Below are positions 31,122 through 40,980 of a stretch of 64,000 nt of DNA, piece by piece. Position numbers and translations under genes: made by a program. The stretch lies in the NCBI GenBank assembly GCA_965247095.1, contig OZ251997.1:608001-672000 (forward strand), given 5' to 3'. Within the stretch, counting starts at the first letter, position 1. The number at the start of each line of letters is the position of its first letter. Source of the stretch: Candidatus Multivorans sp. (GTDB lineage Bacteria; Acidobacteriota; Thermoanaerobaculia; Multivoradales; Multivoraceae). The notes below the pieces were generated by a model. The model did not search any database. It worked only from the letters and a program-made list of their open reading frames with translations, and was not told where the DNA came from.

Positions 31122-33035
31122 CTATCCGTGTCTCGGGTAGCCGAGGTCGGCCAGGGTTTGCGCGATTTCGTCCAGGGTCGAGGGGTCGTCGATCGTGGCC
31201 GGCACCGTGTAGGGCTCGCCGTCCGCGATTCGCCGCATCGTGCCTCGGAGGACCTTGCCGGAACGGGTCTTGGGCAGCCGGTCGACCACCGCCGCGATCT
31301 TGAACGAGGCGACTGGTCCGAGCTGGTCCCGCACGGTCTGGACGAGCTCCGGCACGATTTCGGCCTCGGTGCGGTCGGAGCCCGCGTAGAGGACAGCGAG
31401 TCCCAAGGGCACCTGCCCCTTGAGCGAGTCGGCGATCCCGATCACGGCGCACTCGGCGACGTCCGGGTGAGACGAAAGGATCTCCTCCATGGCGCCGGTG
31501 GACAGGCGGTGGCCGGCGACGTTGATCAGGTCGTCGGTGCGGCTCATGATGTACAGGTAGCCGTCCTGGTCGACGAACCCGGCGTCGCCGGTCTGGTAGT
31601 AGCCCTCGAACTCCGAGAGATAGGAATCGACGTAGCCGGCGTCGTTCTTCCACAAGGTCGGCAGGCAGCCCGGCGGTAGGGGAAGACGCAGGGCGATGGC
31701 GCCCGTCTCGCTGGGTGGCAGTTCGCGGCTGCCGCCGGCGTCGCCTTCGTGCTCGAGGATGCGCACGTCGTACCCGGGGACGACCTTGGTGGGGGATCCG
31801 TGCTTGACCGGCAGCGCCCCGAGACCGACGCAGTTTGCTGCGATCGGCCAGCCCGTCTCCGTCTGCCACCAGTGGTCGATCACGGGTACGTCGAGCTTCT
31901 CCTCGGCCCAGCGCACCGTGTCCGGATCGGCGCGCTCGCCGGCCAGGAACAGAGTCCGGAGGGAACTCAGATCGAATTTCCCTATCAGTTTGCCCTGGGG
32001 ATCTTCACGCTTGATCGCGCGGAACGCGGTCGGCGCCGTGAACAGCACCGAGACACCGTGCTCGGCGATCACGCGCCAGAAGGCGCCGGCGTTCGGCGTT
32101 CCGACCGGCTTGCCTTCGTAGAGCACCGTGGTGCAGCCGTGGATCAGCGGCGCGTAGACGATGTAGGAATGGCCCACCACCCAGCCGATGTCCGACGCGG
32201 CCCAGTAGACCTCTCCGGGCTCAACGCCGTAGACGTTGCTCATGCTCCAGTCGAGCGCGACGAGGTGGCCGCCGTTGTCGCGGACGACGCCCTTGGGCAC
32301 GCCCGTCGTCCCCGATGTGTACAGGATGTACAGGGGATCGGTGGCCTGCACCGGGACGCAGTCGGCTGGTTGGGCGGCGGCCGTCGCCTCCTGCCAGTCG
32401 TGGTCGCCCGCGCCGAGTGCGGCGTTGTGCTGCGGCCGTTGAAGCAGCACGGTGGCGGCCGGCTTGTGGGCCGACATGGCGATTGCTTCGTCGAGCAGCG
32501 GCTTGTACTCGATGATTCGCGCGATCTCGATACCGCACGAGGCCGTCAGTACGACCTGAGGCTTCGCGTCGTCGATCCGGGTGGCGAGTTCCTTCGCCGC
32601 GAAGCCGCCGAACACCACGGAGTGGACGGCGCCGATCCGGGCGCAGGCCAGCATGGCGACCGCGGCCTCCGGGATCATCGGCATGTAGATCAGCACCCGG
32701 TCGCCGGTCTGTACGCCGAGGTTTCTGAGGACGCCGGCGAGGCGCGCCGTCTGCTCCTGCAGATCCGCGTAGGTCAGCGTCGCCGCCGTACCGGTGACCG
32801 GACTGTCGTAGATCAGCGCCGGCTGCTGTCCGCGGCCGGCCTCGACGTGGCGGTCGACCGCGTTGTAGCAGGTGTTCACCTGCGCGCCCGTGAACCAGCG
32901 GTAGAACGGCGGGTTCGAGTCGTCCAGCACGCGATCCCAGCGCCTGACCCAGGAGATGGATTCCGCGGCCTCGGCCCAGAATCCCTCGGGGTCATCGCCG
33001 GCCCGGCGCAGCGTCTGTTCGTAGAGAGTGCTCAC
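31122..33035 (-). CDS. prpE: Propionyl-CoA synthetase
   Basis: YILYTSGTTGVPKGVVRDNGG, DHWWQTETG, LPKTRSGK, VPATIDDP. Start GTG 33035 (alternative 33059). Confidence 0.88.
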   Translation of the reverse strand: MSTLYEQTLRRAGDDPEGFWAEAAESISWVRRWDRVLDDSNPPFYRWFTGAQVNTCYNAVDRHVEAGRGQQPALIYDSPVTGTAATLTYADLQEQTARLAGVLRNLGVQTGDRVLIYMPMIPEAAVAMLACARIGAVHSVVFGGFAAKELATRIDDAKPQVVLTASCGIEIARIIEYKPLLDEAIAMSAHKPAATVLLQRPQHNAALGAGDHDWQEATAAAQPADCVPVQATDPLYILYTSGTTGVPKGVVRDNGGHLVALDWSMSNVYGVEPGEVYWAASDIGWVVGHSYIVYAPLIHGCTTVLYEGKPVGTPNAGAFWRVIAEHGVSVLFTAPTAFRAIKREDPQGKLIGKFDLSSLRTLFLAGERADPDTVRWAEEKLDVPVIDHWWQTETGWPIAANCVGLGALPVKHGSPTKVVPGYDVRILEHEGDAGGSRELPPSETGAIALRLPLPPGCLPTLWKNDAGYVDSYLSEFEGYYQTGDAGFVDQDGYLYIMSRTDDLINVAGHRLSTGAMEEILSSHPDVAECAVIGIADSLKGQVPLGLAVLYAGSDRTEAEIVPELVQTVRDQLGPVASFKIAAVVDRLPKTRSGKVLRGTMRRIADGEPYTVPATIDDPSTLDEIAQTLADLGYPRHG

Positions 33036-33083
33036 GGCCGGCGATGATAGCCGCCGCATCCAGCTCCCCGAGGCGCCTGCGGG

Positions 33084-34250
33084 CTACTGCGCGGCGTCGC
33101 CGTCGGGTTGTCCGGGCTCCGTCTGCCGGCTCTGGACTTCGTCCCAGATGCCGACATCGAAGCGGCCCAGCGAGTTGGCCGCGCCCCGGAACATGGCGTT
33201 CGTGTTGAACTCCATCGCGATCGTGCCGTCCGGGCTGACCGCGATCAGACCGCCGTCGCCCGGCTGGAGCTTCTCCCGGATCACCTGCCGGACGGCCTCG
33301 TCCAGCGAGAGGCCGCCGTACTCGATCTGCGCCGAAACGTCGTAGGCCACGGTGTGGCGAATGAACTCCTCGCCGCGGCCGGTGCAGGAGATGGCCGCGG
33401 TGGCGTTGTTGGCGTAGGTACCGGCGCCGATCACCGGTACGTCGCCGATGCGGCCGATCCGCTTCAGCATCGTGCCCCCGGTCGAGGTGGCGGCAGCCAG
33501 ATTGCCGTAGCGGTCCATGGCCACGGCGCCGACGGTGCCCAGGTGAGAGGCGCCGCCGAGGCTGCTCGGAGCGCCGGCGTTACCGGTGTAGTCGCCGACG
33601 GCGCTCGCGACGGCGTCTCCGCTGCCCTGTGCGGCGGCCCTTCGCTGGGCCCGGAGTTCGCGGTATCTCTGAAGCTGCAGCTCGGTGGTGAAGTAGGCCT
33701 GCGGTTGCCGGCGTACGCCGGCGATGACGCCGAAGTCGTCCGCCCCGGGGCCGCCGATCAGGACATGCGGCGTGTCCTCCATCACCCGGCGCGCCAGTGT
33801 GACCGGGTTGCGGATGTTCTTCACCCCGGCCACCGCGCCGCAGGCCAAGGTGCGTCCGTCCATGATCGCGGCATCCATCTCGTGGGTTCCGATGAACGTG
33901 AACACGGAACCGCGGCCGGCATTGAAGCGCGGGTCGTCTTCAAGCGCCGCGACCACGTTCTCGACCACCTGAACGCTCGCTTCGCCGCCGGCCAACTGCT
34001 CGGCGCCCAGGGAAAGGGCAGCCCGCAGGGCCTGGTAGTAGTCCTCCGCGTCGGTCGTGGCGCGATTCGCGCTGCCGGCGCCGCCGTGGATGGCCAGAGC
34101 CCAGTCCGGTGTCGGCACCTGTTCGGCCTCCTCGCCGTTTGTCTGATTCAAGTCCTGTTCCTGGTTCGTCTGTTTGGCTGTGCGGTCGGACGAAGTGCAT
34201 CCTCCGCTGGCGAGCGCCAGAACCGCGAGGGCGGCTGCCCAGAGAGTCAT
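33084..34250 (-). CDS. iaaA: Isoaspartyl peptidase/L-asparaginase (Ntn hydrolase), probable lipoprotein
   Basis: AIHGGAG, FNAGRGSV, GTVGAVA (catalytic Thr), ATSTGG, GAGTYA; hydrophobic leader ending ..ASGGC. Confidence 0.9.
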   Translation of the reverse strand: MTLWAAALAVLALASGGCTSSDRTAKQTNQEQDLNQTNGEEAEQVPTPDWALAIHGGAGSANRATTDAEDYYQALRAALSLGAEQLAGGEASVQVVENVVAALEDDPRFNAGRGSVFTFIGTHEMDAAIMDGRTLACGAVAGVKNIRNPVTLARRVMEDTPHVLIGGPGADDFGVIAGVRRQPQAYFTTELQLQRYRELRAQRRAAAQGSGDAVASAVGDYTGNAGAPSSLGGASHLGTVGAVAMDRYGNLAAATSTGGTMLKRIGRIGDVPVIGAGTYANNATAAISCTGRGEEFIRHTVAYDVSAQIEYGGLSLDEAVRQVIREKLQPGDGGLIAVSPDGTIAMEFNTNAMFRGAANSLGRFDVGIWDEVQSRQTEPGQPDGDAAQ

Positions 34251-34564
34251 TGTCGGTCGTCGAAGCACGCTCGGAGCGTTCGAACCCCCCGCGAGTCGTT
34301 GGCGGCTGCTTGTGAGAACCGGCTGAGCCATCCCGTTTTGCCCACTCCGCCCGGATACCCGCAGTCGGACCTCTCCAGCCGACCGCGGCGTCGCGCCTGA
34401 CGGCGGAGCGCGGTTGAACGGATCCAGGGGCTCGTTGGGAAGGCTTCAGAAGCGTAGCACGCCGAAGACCGACGGCGCGGGGCTCCAAAGTGGGATACGA
34501 CCGCTTCGCCCGAGAAATCGACTCTTCCGTCCGCCGGACGCCGGTGCGACATAATCCGGCCTCC

Positions 34565-34909
34565 GTGAGAGACGACGAGCGCCTATCGGACTACAGCGAC
34601 GAGCGGGATCCGGACGTTTTCTGGGCGGCCGTCCGGCCGGCGGACGAACCCCTGCGTCATCGTTGGTTCCTGCCCGCGGTCGTGGCGATCCTCATCGTCA
34701 GCGTGCCCTGGTACCTGCCGTCGTCGGTCGGCGATCGGCTCGCGCTCGGCCTGCCGGTCTGGACCTGGATCACGATCGTCTGTGGCTTGTTCCTGGCCAT
34801 GGTGACCGCCTTCGCGTCGTTGCGGCTGTGGCGCGACGGCGGGGACGTTGCCGACGGTAGCGAAGGGGAAGACCGGGAGCCCGGCGCCGGCGGGAAGGAC
34901 GGGGCGTGA
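34565..34909 (+). CDS. Small 2-TM protein, probable partner of the SSS transporter
   Basis: SVPWY..LGLPVW pattern; GTGA overlap with the symporter gene. Confidence 0.7.
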   Translation: MRDDERLSDYSDERDPDVFWAAVRPADEPLRHRWFLPAVVAILIVSVPWYLPSSVGDRLALGLPVWTWITIVCGLFLAMVTAFASLRLWRDGGDVADGSEGEDREPGAGGKDGA

Positions 34910-36408
34910 ACTCCTCCGTTCCCGAGGTGACGTTCGGTCCCGGCGCACTGGCGGTGCTCGGCGGGTACCTGGTCGTCATGCTCTGCATCGGTTTCCTCGG
35001 CCGCCTGCACCAGAAGGAGCGCTCGCTGCGCGACTTCTACCTGGGGGGGGCGAGCTTCGGCTTCGCGGTCCTGTTCCTGACCCTGTTCGCGACCCAGTAC
35101 AGCGGCAACACACTGCTCGGCTTCGCCGGCCGCTCCTACCAGCAGGGAACGACCTACATCGTCAGCGTCACGTTCATGATCCTGGTGATCACGGTGTTCA
35201 TGATCTACGCGCCGCGCCTGTTCCATCTGGCGCGAAGGTTCGGCTACATCACGCCCGCGGACTTCGTGTACCACCGCTTCGGGTCGCATCCGCTGCGCAT
35301 CCTGTGCGTGGCCCTCCTGTGCTGGGGACTGGCGAACTACGTACTCGAACAACTGGTCGCGATGGGGCACGGGGTCGAGGCGCTCAGCGGTGGCCGCATG
35401 AGTTTCATGCAGGGGGTACTGCTCCTGGTCGGCGTGATGCTGATCTACGAATCGCTTGGGGGCATGAGGGCGGTGGCCTGGACGGATGCCGTGCAGGGCT
35501 CTCTGCTGTTGTGCGGGTGCGCGGTGATTCTCTACACCCTGGTCACCGTGGACGGTGGTTTGCCGGCCGCGGCCGAAGGGATCCGCGCCACGACCCCGGC
35601 CAAGCTTGAGAGCCCGGACGCGGAGGGCCTCCGAACCTGGGTCAGTACGCTGCTGATGCTCGGTCTCGGCGTGGCCCTGTATCCGCACGCGATCCAGCGC
35701 ATCTTCGCGGCCCGTGACGAGACCAGCCTGCGAAGGTCGCTGGGGGCGATGGCCTTCATGCCTCTGGGCACGACCCTGCTCGCCTTCCTGATCGGGTTCA
35801 TTGCTCTCAGCCGCTTCCCCGGCTTGAGCGAACTGGAGAGCGACAAGGTCACGATCTACGTTCTCGGTGGCCTCATCGACCGCTCGCCGGTCATGTACTG
35901 GCTGATCGTGATGGTGTTCGCGGCGGTGGTCGCGGCGATCATGTCGACCGCCGACTCGGCGCTGCTCTCGATGGGCTCGATGTTCACCAAGGACATCTAC
36001 AAGAACTACCTGCACCGCGAGGCCAGTTCGCGCGAGATGCTGATGGTGGGCAAGACGTTCTCGTGGGGCGTCATGGCCATCCTGATCGCGATGGCCTGGG
36101 TGTCGCTGGAGACGGAGAGCTCGATCTGGCTGCTGATCAAGCTGAAACTCGAGTTCATGGTCCAGCTCTCGCCGCTCTTCATGCTCGGTATCTACTGGCG
36201 GCGGATGTCGTCCTCGGCCGCCCTCGCCGGCATGCTCCTGGGCACAGTGCTCACCCTGGTCATCTGGTGCGGCGTGATGGTCGACCTGTGGCCGACCCGA
36301 AGTCCCTGGGGCGTCGCGGCCGGCGTCTGGGGCCTGCTCCTGAACTACGGCGTCTGCGTCGGCTGGACGCTGCTCCGGCCCGTCCAAGCGCCGGCGGCCA
36401 AAGCGTGA
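34906..36408 (+). CDS. Sodium:solute symporter family protein
   Basis: DFYLGG, ATQYSG, GGMRAVAWTD.VQG, AAIMSTADS. Confidence 0.93.
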   Translation: MNSSVPEVTFGPGALAVLGGYLVVMLCIGFLGRLHQKERSLRDFYLGGASFGFAVLFLTLFATQYSGNTLLGFAGRSYQQGTTYIVSVTFMILVITVFMIYAPRLFHLARRFGYITPADFVYHRFGSHPLRILCVALLCWGLANYVLEQLVAMGHGVEALSGGRMSFMQGVLLLVGVMLIYESLGGMRAVAWTDAVQGSLLLCGCAVILYTLVTVDGGLPAAAEGIRATTPAKLESPDAEGLRTWVSTLLMLGLGVALYPHAIQRIFAARDETSLRRSLGAMAFMPLGTTLLAFLIGFIALSRFPGLSELESDKVTIYVLGGLIDRSPVMYWLIVMVFAAVVAAIMSTADSALLSMGSMFTKDIYKNYLHREASSREMLMVGKTFSWGVMAILIAMAWVSLETESSIWLLIKLKLEFMVQLSPLFMLGIYWRRMSSSAALAGMLLGTVLTLVIWCGVMVDLWPTRSPWGVAAGVWGLLLNYGVCVGWTLLRPVQAPAAKA

Positions 36409-37421
36409 GCGCAGAGACCGCCAGACGCCGGGTCTTCTCCGGCATCCAGCCGTCCGGCGTGCTGCATCTGGGGAACTACCTGGGGGCGGTGAAGCATTGG
36501 GCCGCCCGCCAGGACGTTTCCGAGAACTTCATCTGCGTCGTCGATCTGCATGCGATCACGGTGCGCCAGGACCCGGAAACCCTGCGCGCCGGCACCCGCG
36601 AGTTGACGGCGATGCTCTTCGCCTGCGGCATCGATCCGGAGCGCACGACCCTGTTCGTTCAGAGTCATGTTCGCGCGCACGCCGAGGCGGCGTGGATCCT
36701 GGGTTGTGCTGTGCCGATCGGCTGGCTCGAACGGATGACGCAGTACAAGTCGAAGTCGGAGCGCCAGGGCGGTAGGGAGCGCATCGGCGTCGGGCTGTTC
36801 ACCTATCCGATACTCCAGGCCGCCGACATCCTGCTGTACGACGCGGACGAGGTGCCGGTCGGAGAGGATCAGAAGCAGCACGTGGAACTGGCCCGCGACA
36901 TCGCCGGCCGTTTCAACCATCTCTACGGCGACACGTTCGTTTTGCCCGAGGCGGTGATTCCGGCCGCCGGAGCTCGGGTGATGGCGCTGGACGATCCGAC
37001 GGTGAAGATGTCCAAGAGCGAAACGGCGGGACGCGGCCACTCGGTACGACTGACGGACTCGGACGCCGAAATACGCCGGTCGCTCAAGCGTGCGGTCACC
37101 GACTCCGGGCGCGACATCGAGTTCAGCGACGACCCGGAGCGGGCCGGGGTGAACAACCTGCTCGTGATCTACCAGGCGATCACCGACCGCAGCCGCGAGG
37201 AGGTCCTCGCCGACTTCGTCGACGCCCGTGGCTACGGCGATCTGAAGGCGGCCGTCGCCGAAGCCGTGGTTGAGGTGGTGGCGCCGATCCGGCAGCGCTA
37301 CGAGGAGCTGATGTCCGCTCCGGAAGAGCTGGATCGGCTGCTGGCCGTAGGAGCGGAGCGGGCGCGGGCGGTCGCCGAGCCGAAGGCGGCGGCGATCCGG
37401 CGGCTGGTCGGCTTCGCCTAG
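36405..37421 (+). CDS. trpS: Tryptophan--tRNA ligase
   Basis: FSGIQPSG, HLGN (HIGH), VPVGEDQKQH, KMSKS. Confidence 0.96.
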   Translation: MSAETARRRVFSGIQPSGVLHLGNYLGAVKHWAARQDVSENFICVVDLHAITVRQDPETLRAGTRELTAMLFACGIDPERTTLFVQSHVRAHAEAAWILGCAVPIGWLERMTQYKSKSERQGGRERIGVGLFTYPILQAADILLYDADEVPVGEDQKQHVELARDIAGRFNHLYGDTFVLPEAVIPAAGARVMALDDPTVKMSKSETAGRGHSVRLTDSDAEIRRSLKRAVTDSGRDIEFSDDPERAGVNNLLVIYQAITDRSREEVLADFVDARGYGDLKAAVAEAVVEVVAPIRQRYEELMSAPEELDRLLAVGAERARAVAEPKAAAIRRLVGFA

Positions 37422-38527
37422 GAGTCGAGTCGCGGCGTCCGCGCCGCGCTGACGCACAGGAAACAGGGCTTGTTCCATGCAAGTGGGCGCGGATCAGCTT
37501 CTCGATCCGCTCGGTACCGCGTTCCAGGGTCTCCATCGCGGGGCCGAAGCTGAGCCGGCTGTAGCTGTGATAGCGGGCGTTGCGGCGCCGCTGGCCGGGA
37601 TTCACGTCGAAGAACACGCCGGGCACGGTGATCACCTGGACCTGGAGCAGCGCCTTGAAGAACTCGATGCCGTCGTTCAAGGGAGGCGGGAGGTTATCGA
37701 GGTTGCCCCAGACGTAGAAGGCGCCCTGCGGTTCGTGTTCGACCGCTATTCCCAGACCGCGTAGGCGGTCGATGAGAAAGCGGCGCTTGCGCGTGAACTC
37801 GGTCTGGATGGCCCACGTTTCCTGGAGGACGAGTTCCGGCTCCAGCAGGGGCACGGCGGCCTCCTGGAACGGGTGGTTGCCGCCTCCGTCGAGGAAGGAG
37901 CCGGCGCTGGTCACGCGGTCGATCACGGTCCGTGGACCGACGATCCACGACACGCGCCAGCCGGGGTAGCGCCAGTTCTTGGTCAGACCGTCGACCAGGA
38001 TGATCGGGTCGCTGTTCACGTCCTCGACGTGGGCCGCCGCGGAGACCATCCTGGCGGTGTCGGCGATCTCGCTGCAGTCGTCGGGCGCCGGCGTGTAGAC
38101 GTAGTGGCTGTAGAACTCGTCCAGGATGAGCGTGCAGGCGTTGTCGCGGGCGACCTCCGCCCACTCCGCCAGGGCCTCGCCCTCGACCAGTTGACCCGTC
38201 GGGTTGCACGGGTTGCTGCACCAGAGCGCGGACAGGCCGCGGCCGACGATCTCCTTCTGGAGCAGCCGCCGCGAGGCGGTGTAGCCATGGGCGGCGTCGA
38301 GCAGGATGGGAATCGGGATGAAGCCCTTGAACGCGGCCAGCAGTTCTTCGTAGGCGGTGTAGTCGGGGATGAAGTGCCCCAGGTTCATGTCGCCCATCGC
38401 GGCCGTGGCCGGCGGCGGCGGCCCGGTGCATCACGTAGATGACACCGGTCCGCGGCACGCGGCGGAAGCCGGGCGTCTCGGGTCCGGGGTCGACCCCGGC
38501 GGCGGCGGGCAGAAGTTCCTCTATCAT
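37180..38527 (-). pseudogene. Class I/II PLP-dependent aminotransferase, disrupted
   Basis: The core (SNPCNPTG, DEFY, GLTKNWRYPGWR) is intact. The N-terminal FRRVPRTGVIYV segment is in a different frame, joined at about 38405, and the C-terminus reads through into trpS. Confidence 0.72.
37431..37448. terminator. GC hairpin just after trpS
   Basis: CGCGGCG-TCCG-CGCCGCG, between convergent genes. Confidence 0.4.
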
Positions 38528-38590
38528 CCGGGCTGCTGTGGAGCCTATTCGAGTCTCGTCGGTGGCGGGAGCGGCCTTGGGGAGCGGTTC

Positions 38591-39637
38591 GTGACCCTCG
38601 ATCCGGTCCTGAGTCATATGCTGTCGGCGGACCCGGAACCGCTCGCCGCCGGCGACGATGCCGCCGGCTGGTACCGGGCTTTCAGCGATGGGGTGCTTGC
38701 CTCCTGGCAAGGCAAGGAGCGGGAGGGCGAGGCCGACGCCGGCAGGGTGCACTTCGCTCACGGTCTGCTCGGCGGCTTTGTGGCCGATCGGCCAGCCTGG
38801 GCCATGGTGTCGGGACACCAGGGAGCAATCCGCCGCCTGGCCTGGGAGTGCGGCGGACTGCATCTGATGCCGGAGGGCGGCATCGTCGCCTTCTGCGCCA
38901 GCGAGGAGGGCGGAGCGCATCCGCGGGCGGTCCAATCGTCCCTCGTTGCGATGCCGGGTGGCGACTTCCGCCTCAACGGCCAGAAGCGGTGGGCGACCCT
39001 GGCGCCGTCCGCGACCGCGCTTCTGCTCATCGCCTCGGCGGGCCGCGAGGGCGACCGCAACCGTCTGCGCGCGCTGTGCGTGCCGAGCGACCGGCGGGGC
39101 ATCGGGATCGCTCCGATGACAGTGAACTCTCCCACCGGAGGGGGCGGGCGGGCGAGCGCGAACCCCGAAGTGCATCATGCCGTGATCGAGTTGAACGAAG
39201 TGCCGGTGGCGGCGGGGGAGCTGCTCGGAGGCGACGGCTACACCGATGCCATCAAGCCCTTCCGGACCATCGAGGATCTCTACATCGGCGCCGCGATGAC
39301 GGCCTACAACCTGGCGCTGGCCCGCCGGTCGGGCTGGCCCGCGTCGGCGGTGGAGGACCTGCTGTTGCTGCTGGCCTGCGCAGAAGCTCTGGCCTTCGGT
39401 CCGTTGGACGAGCCGGCCGCCCACCTGGGCGTCGCGGCGCTTGGCCGCGCCACTGCGCGTGTGCGTGAGGCGCACACCGCCCACTGGGACCTCGTGGACG
39501 ACGGGGCGGCGGCGGCATGGCGGCGCGCCACGTCGGGCGCCGGCGTGGCGGCCCGGGCCAAGGAACTTCGCCGGCAGGCGGCATGGCGGCAGTTCGGGCG
39601 GGAAGACGCCTGGGCGGGACGCTCGAAACGTGCTTGA
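38591..39637 (+). CDS. Acyl-CoA dehydrogenase-like protein
   Basis: GGAG RBS; AFCASEEGG, LNGQKRWAT, GDGY..IKPFRTIED. Confidence 0.75.
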   Translation: MTLDPVLSHMLSADPEPLAAGDDAAGWYRAFSDGVLASWQGKEREGEADAGRVHFAHGLLGGFVADRPAWAMVSGHQGAIRRLAWECGGLHLMPEGGIVAFCASEEGGAHPRAVQSSLVAMPGGDFRLNGQKRWATLAPSATALLLIASAGREGDRNRLRALCVPSDRRGIGIAPMTVNSPTGGGGRASANPEVHHAVIELNEVPVAAGELLGGDGYTDAIKPFRTIEDLYIGAAMTAYNLALARRSGWPASAVEDLLLLLACAEALAFGPLDEPAAHLGVAALGRATARVREAHTAHWDLVDDGAAAAWRRATSGAGVAARAKELRRQAAWRQFGREDAWAGRSKRA

Positions 39638-40091
39638 CCGCATCCGCAGCTTCTTCGGCGAACGGATCGACCCGGAGCGGGCCGGGGACCCGGAGGCCCG
39701 CTTGCGGTTGGCGGCGGCGGCGCTGATGGTGGAGGTGATGCGGGCCGACTTCGACGCTGCCGCAGCGGAGAAGGCGGAAGTGCTCGCCGCGGTCCGGCGC
39801 CAACTGGGTCTCAGTGAAGGGGAGACGGCGGAACTCGTGGCGCTTGCCGAGGAGGAGACCGAAGGTGCGGTCTGCCTCTACGAGTTCACCCGCCTCATCC
39901 ACGAGTCTTTCGACGCGGAGCGCAAGGGCCGGTTGCTCGAGGAGCTGTGGCGCGTGGCCTTTGCCGATCGGGTGCTGGAGGCTCAGGAGGAGTTCCTGAT
40001 CCGCAAGATCGCCCGCCTCCTTCACGTCCCGCACGCGGACTTCATCGCCGCCAGACAGCGGGCGCAGAGCCACGCTCAGGAAGTGTCTTAG
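39630..40091 (+). CDS. TerB family protein
   Basis: LAAAALMVEVMRAD..LYEFT..LWRVAFAD..EE.LIRKIA.LL. Confidence 0.85.
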   Translation: MLDRIRSFFGERIDPERAGDPEARLRLAAAALMVEVMRADFDAAAAEKAEVLAAVRRQLGLSEGETAELVALAEEETEGAVCLYEFTRLIHESFDAERKGRLLEELWRVAFADRVLEAQEEFLIRKIARLLHVPHADFIAARQRAQSHAQEVS

Positions 40092-40922
40092 ATGACCGAA
40101 GCCCCTTCTTCGCTCCGATCCAGCAGATCGGCGTGCTCGCCGAGCACTCTGGAGCAGCCGCCGGCGGATCTCCACCCGATCGAGGCGAGTGCGCTGCACG
40201 CGCGCCGCGAACGGGTGTTCCTCATCCTCGCGGGCCTGTTCCTGGGCTCGATGACGATGCTCAACATCCTGGGCGTGACGCGTTTCCTGGACCTGAGCTT
40301 CACCGTCTTCGGCTTGCGCATTCCGATGCCCCTGGCGGTCGGCGTGCTGCCCTATCCCCTGACCTTCCTCTGTACCGACTTCATTTCCGAAATCTACGGG
40401 CGGAAGCGGGCCAACTCCCTGGTCTGGGTCGGCTTTCTCGTCAACATCTGGCTCGCCGTCGTGCTGTGGCTGGGCGGCGCTCTGCCGGGTTTCGATTCGC
40501 CGGTTCCGGGCCCCGATGGACGGCTGCCGATCTTCTTCGAGATCCGGACGATGACTCTGGGGCTGATCGCGGCGTCGATGATCGCCTACCTGAGCGCCCA
40601 GTTGTGCGACGTCTATGTGTTCCACTTCTGGAAACGGCTCACGAAGGGCCGTCATCTGTGGCTTCGCAACAACGGCTCGACGCTTGTCAGCCAGTTCGTC
40701 GACTCGTTCGCCGTCATCGTGATCACCCACTTCGCGGCGGCCGCCATCCCGGTCGAGAGCGGCGAGCCGATCTGGCCGCAGTTGTGGGTGTTCATCGGCA
40801 CGGCGTACGTGTTCAAGTTCGTGGCGGCGGCCGTGGATACGCTGCCGTTCTATCTCGGCACCCGCTGGTTGCGGCGCTACCTCGAGATTGAGGACGGCCA
40901 GGAGGCCGCGCCACTGGAGTAG
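40092..40922 (+). CDS. yhhQ: Queuosine precursor transporter (VUT/YhhQ family)
   Basis: YPLTFLCTDFISEIYG, ASMIAY..Q..DV, LWLRNNGST..SQFVD. Confidence 0.88.
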   Translation: MTEAPSSLRSSRSACSPSTLEQPPADLHPIEASALHARRERVFLILAGLFLGSMTMLNILGVTRFLDLSFTVFGLRIPMPLAVGVLPYPLTFLCTDFISEIYGRKRANSLVWVGFLVNIWLAVVLWLGGALPGFDSPVPGPDGRLPIFFEIRTMTLGLIAASMIAYLSAQLCDVYVFHFWKRLTKGRHLWLRNNGSTLVSQFVDSFAVIVITHFAAAAIPVESGEPIWPQLWVFIGTAYVFKFVAAAVDTLPFYLGTRWLRRYLEIEDGQEAAPLE

Positions 40923-40980
40923 GATCCGGCGCCCTTTGGCGGCAGCTTGCCGACCGGGTCGCACCGGCGGCCCTCAACCG

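Noticed and set aside
34330-34550. Long intergenic region as a possible ncRNA
   Set aside because: I recognised no tRNA or riboswitch consensus and no repeat match; divergent promoters can explain it.
35043-35050. G8 tract in the symporter gene as a phase-variation site
   Set aside because: It is in frame, encodes the conserved LGG motif and is unremarkable at this GC content.
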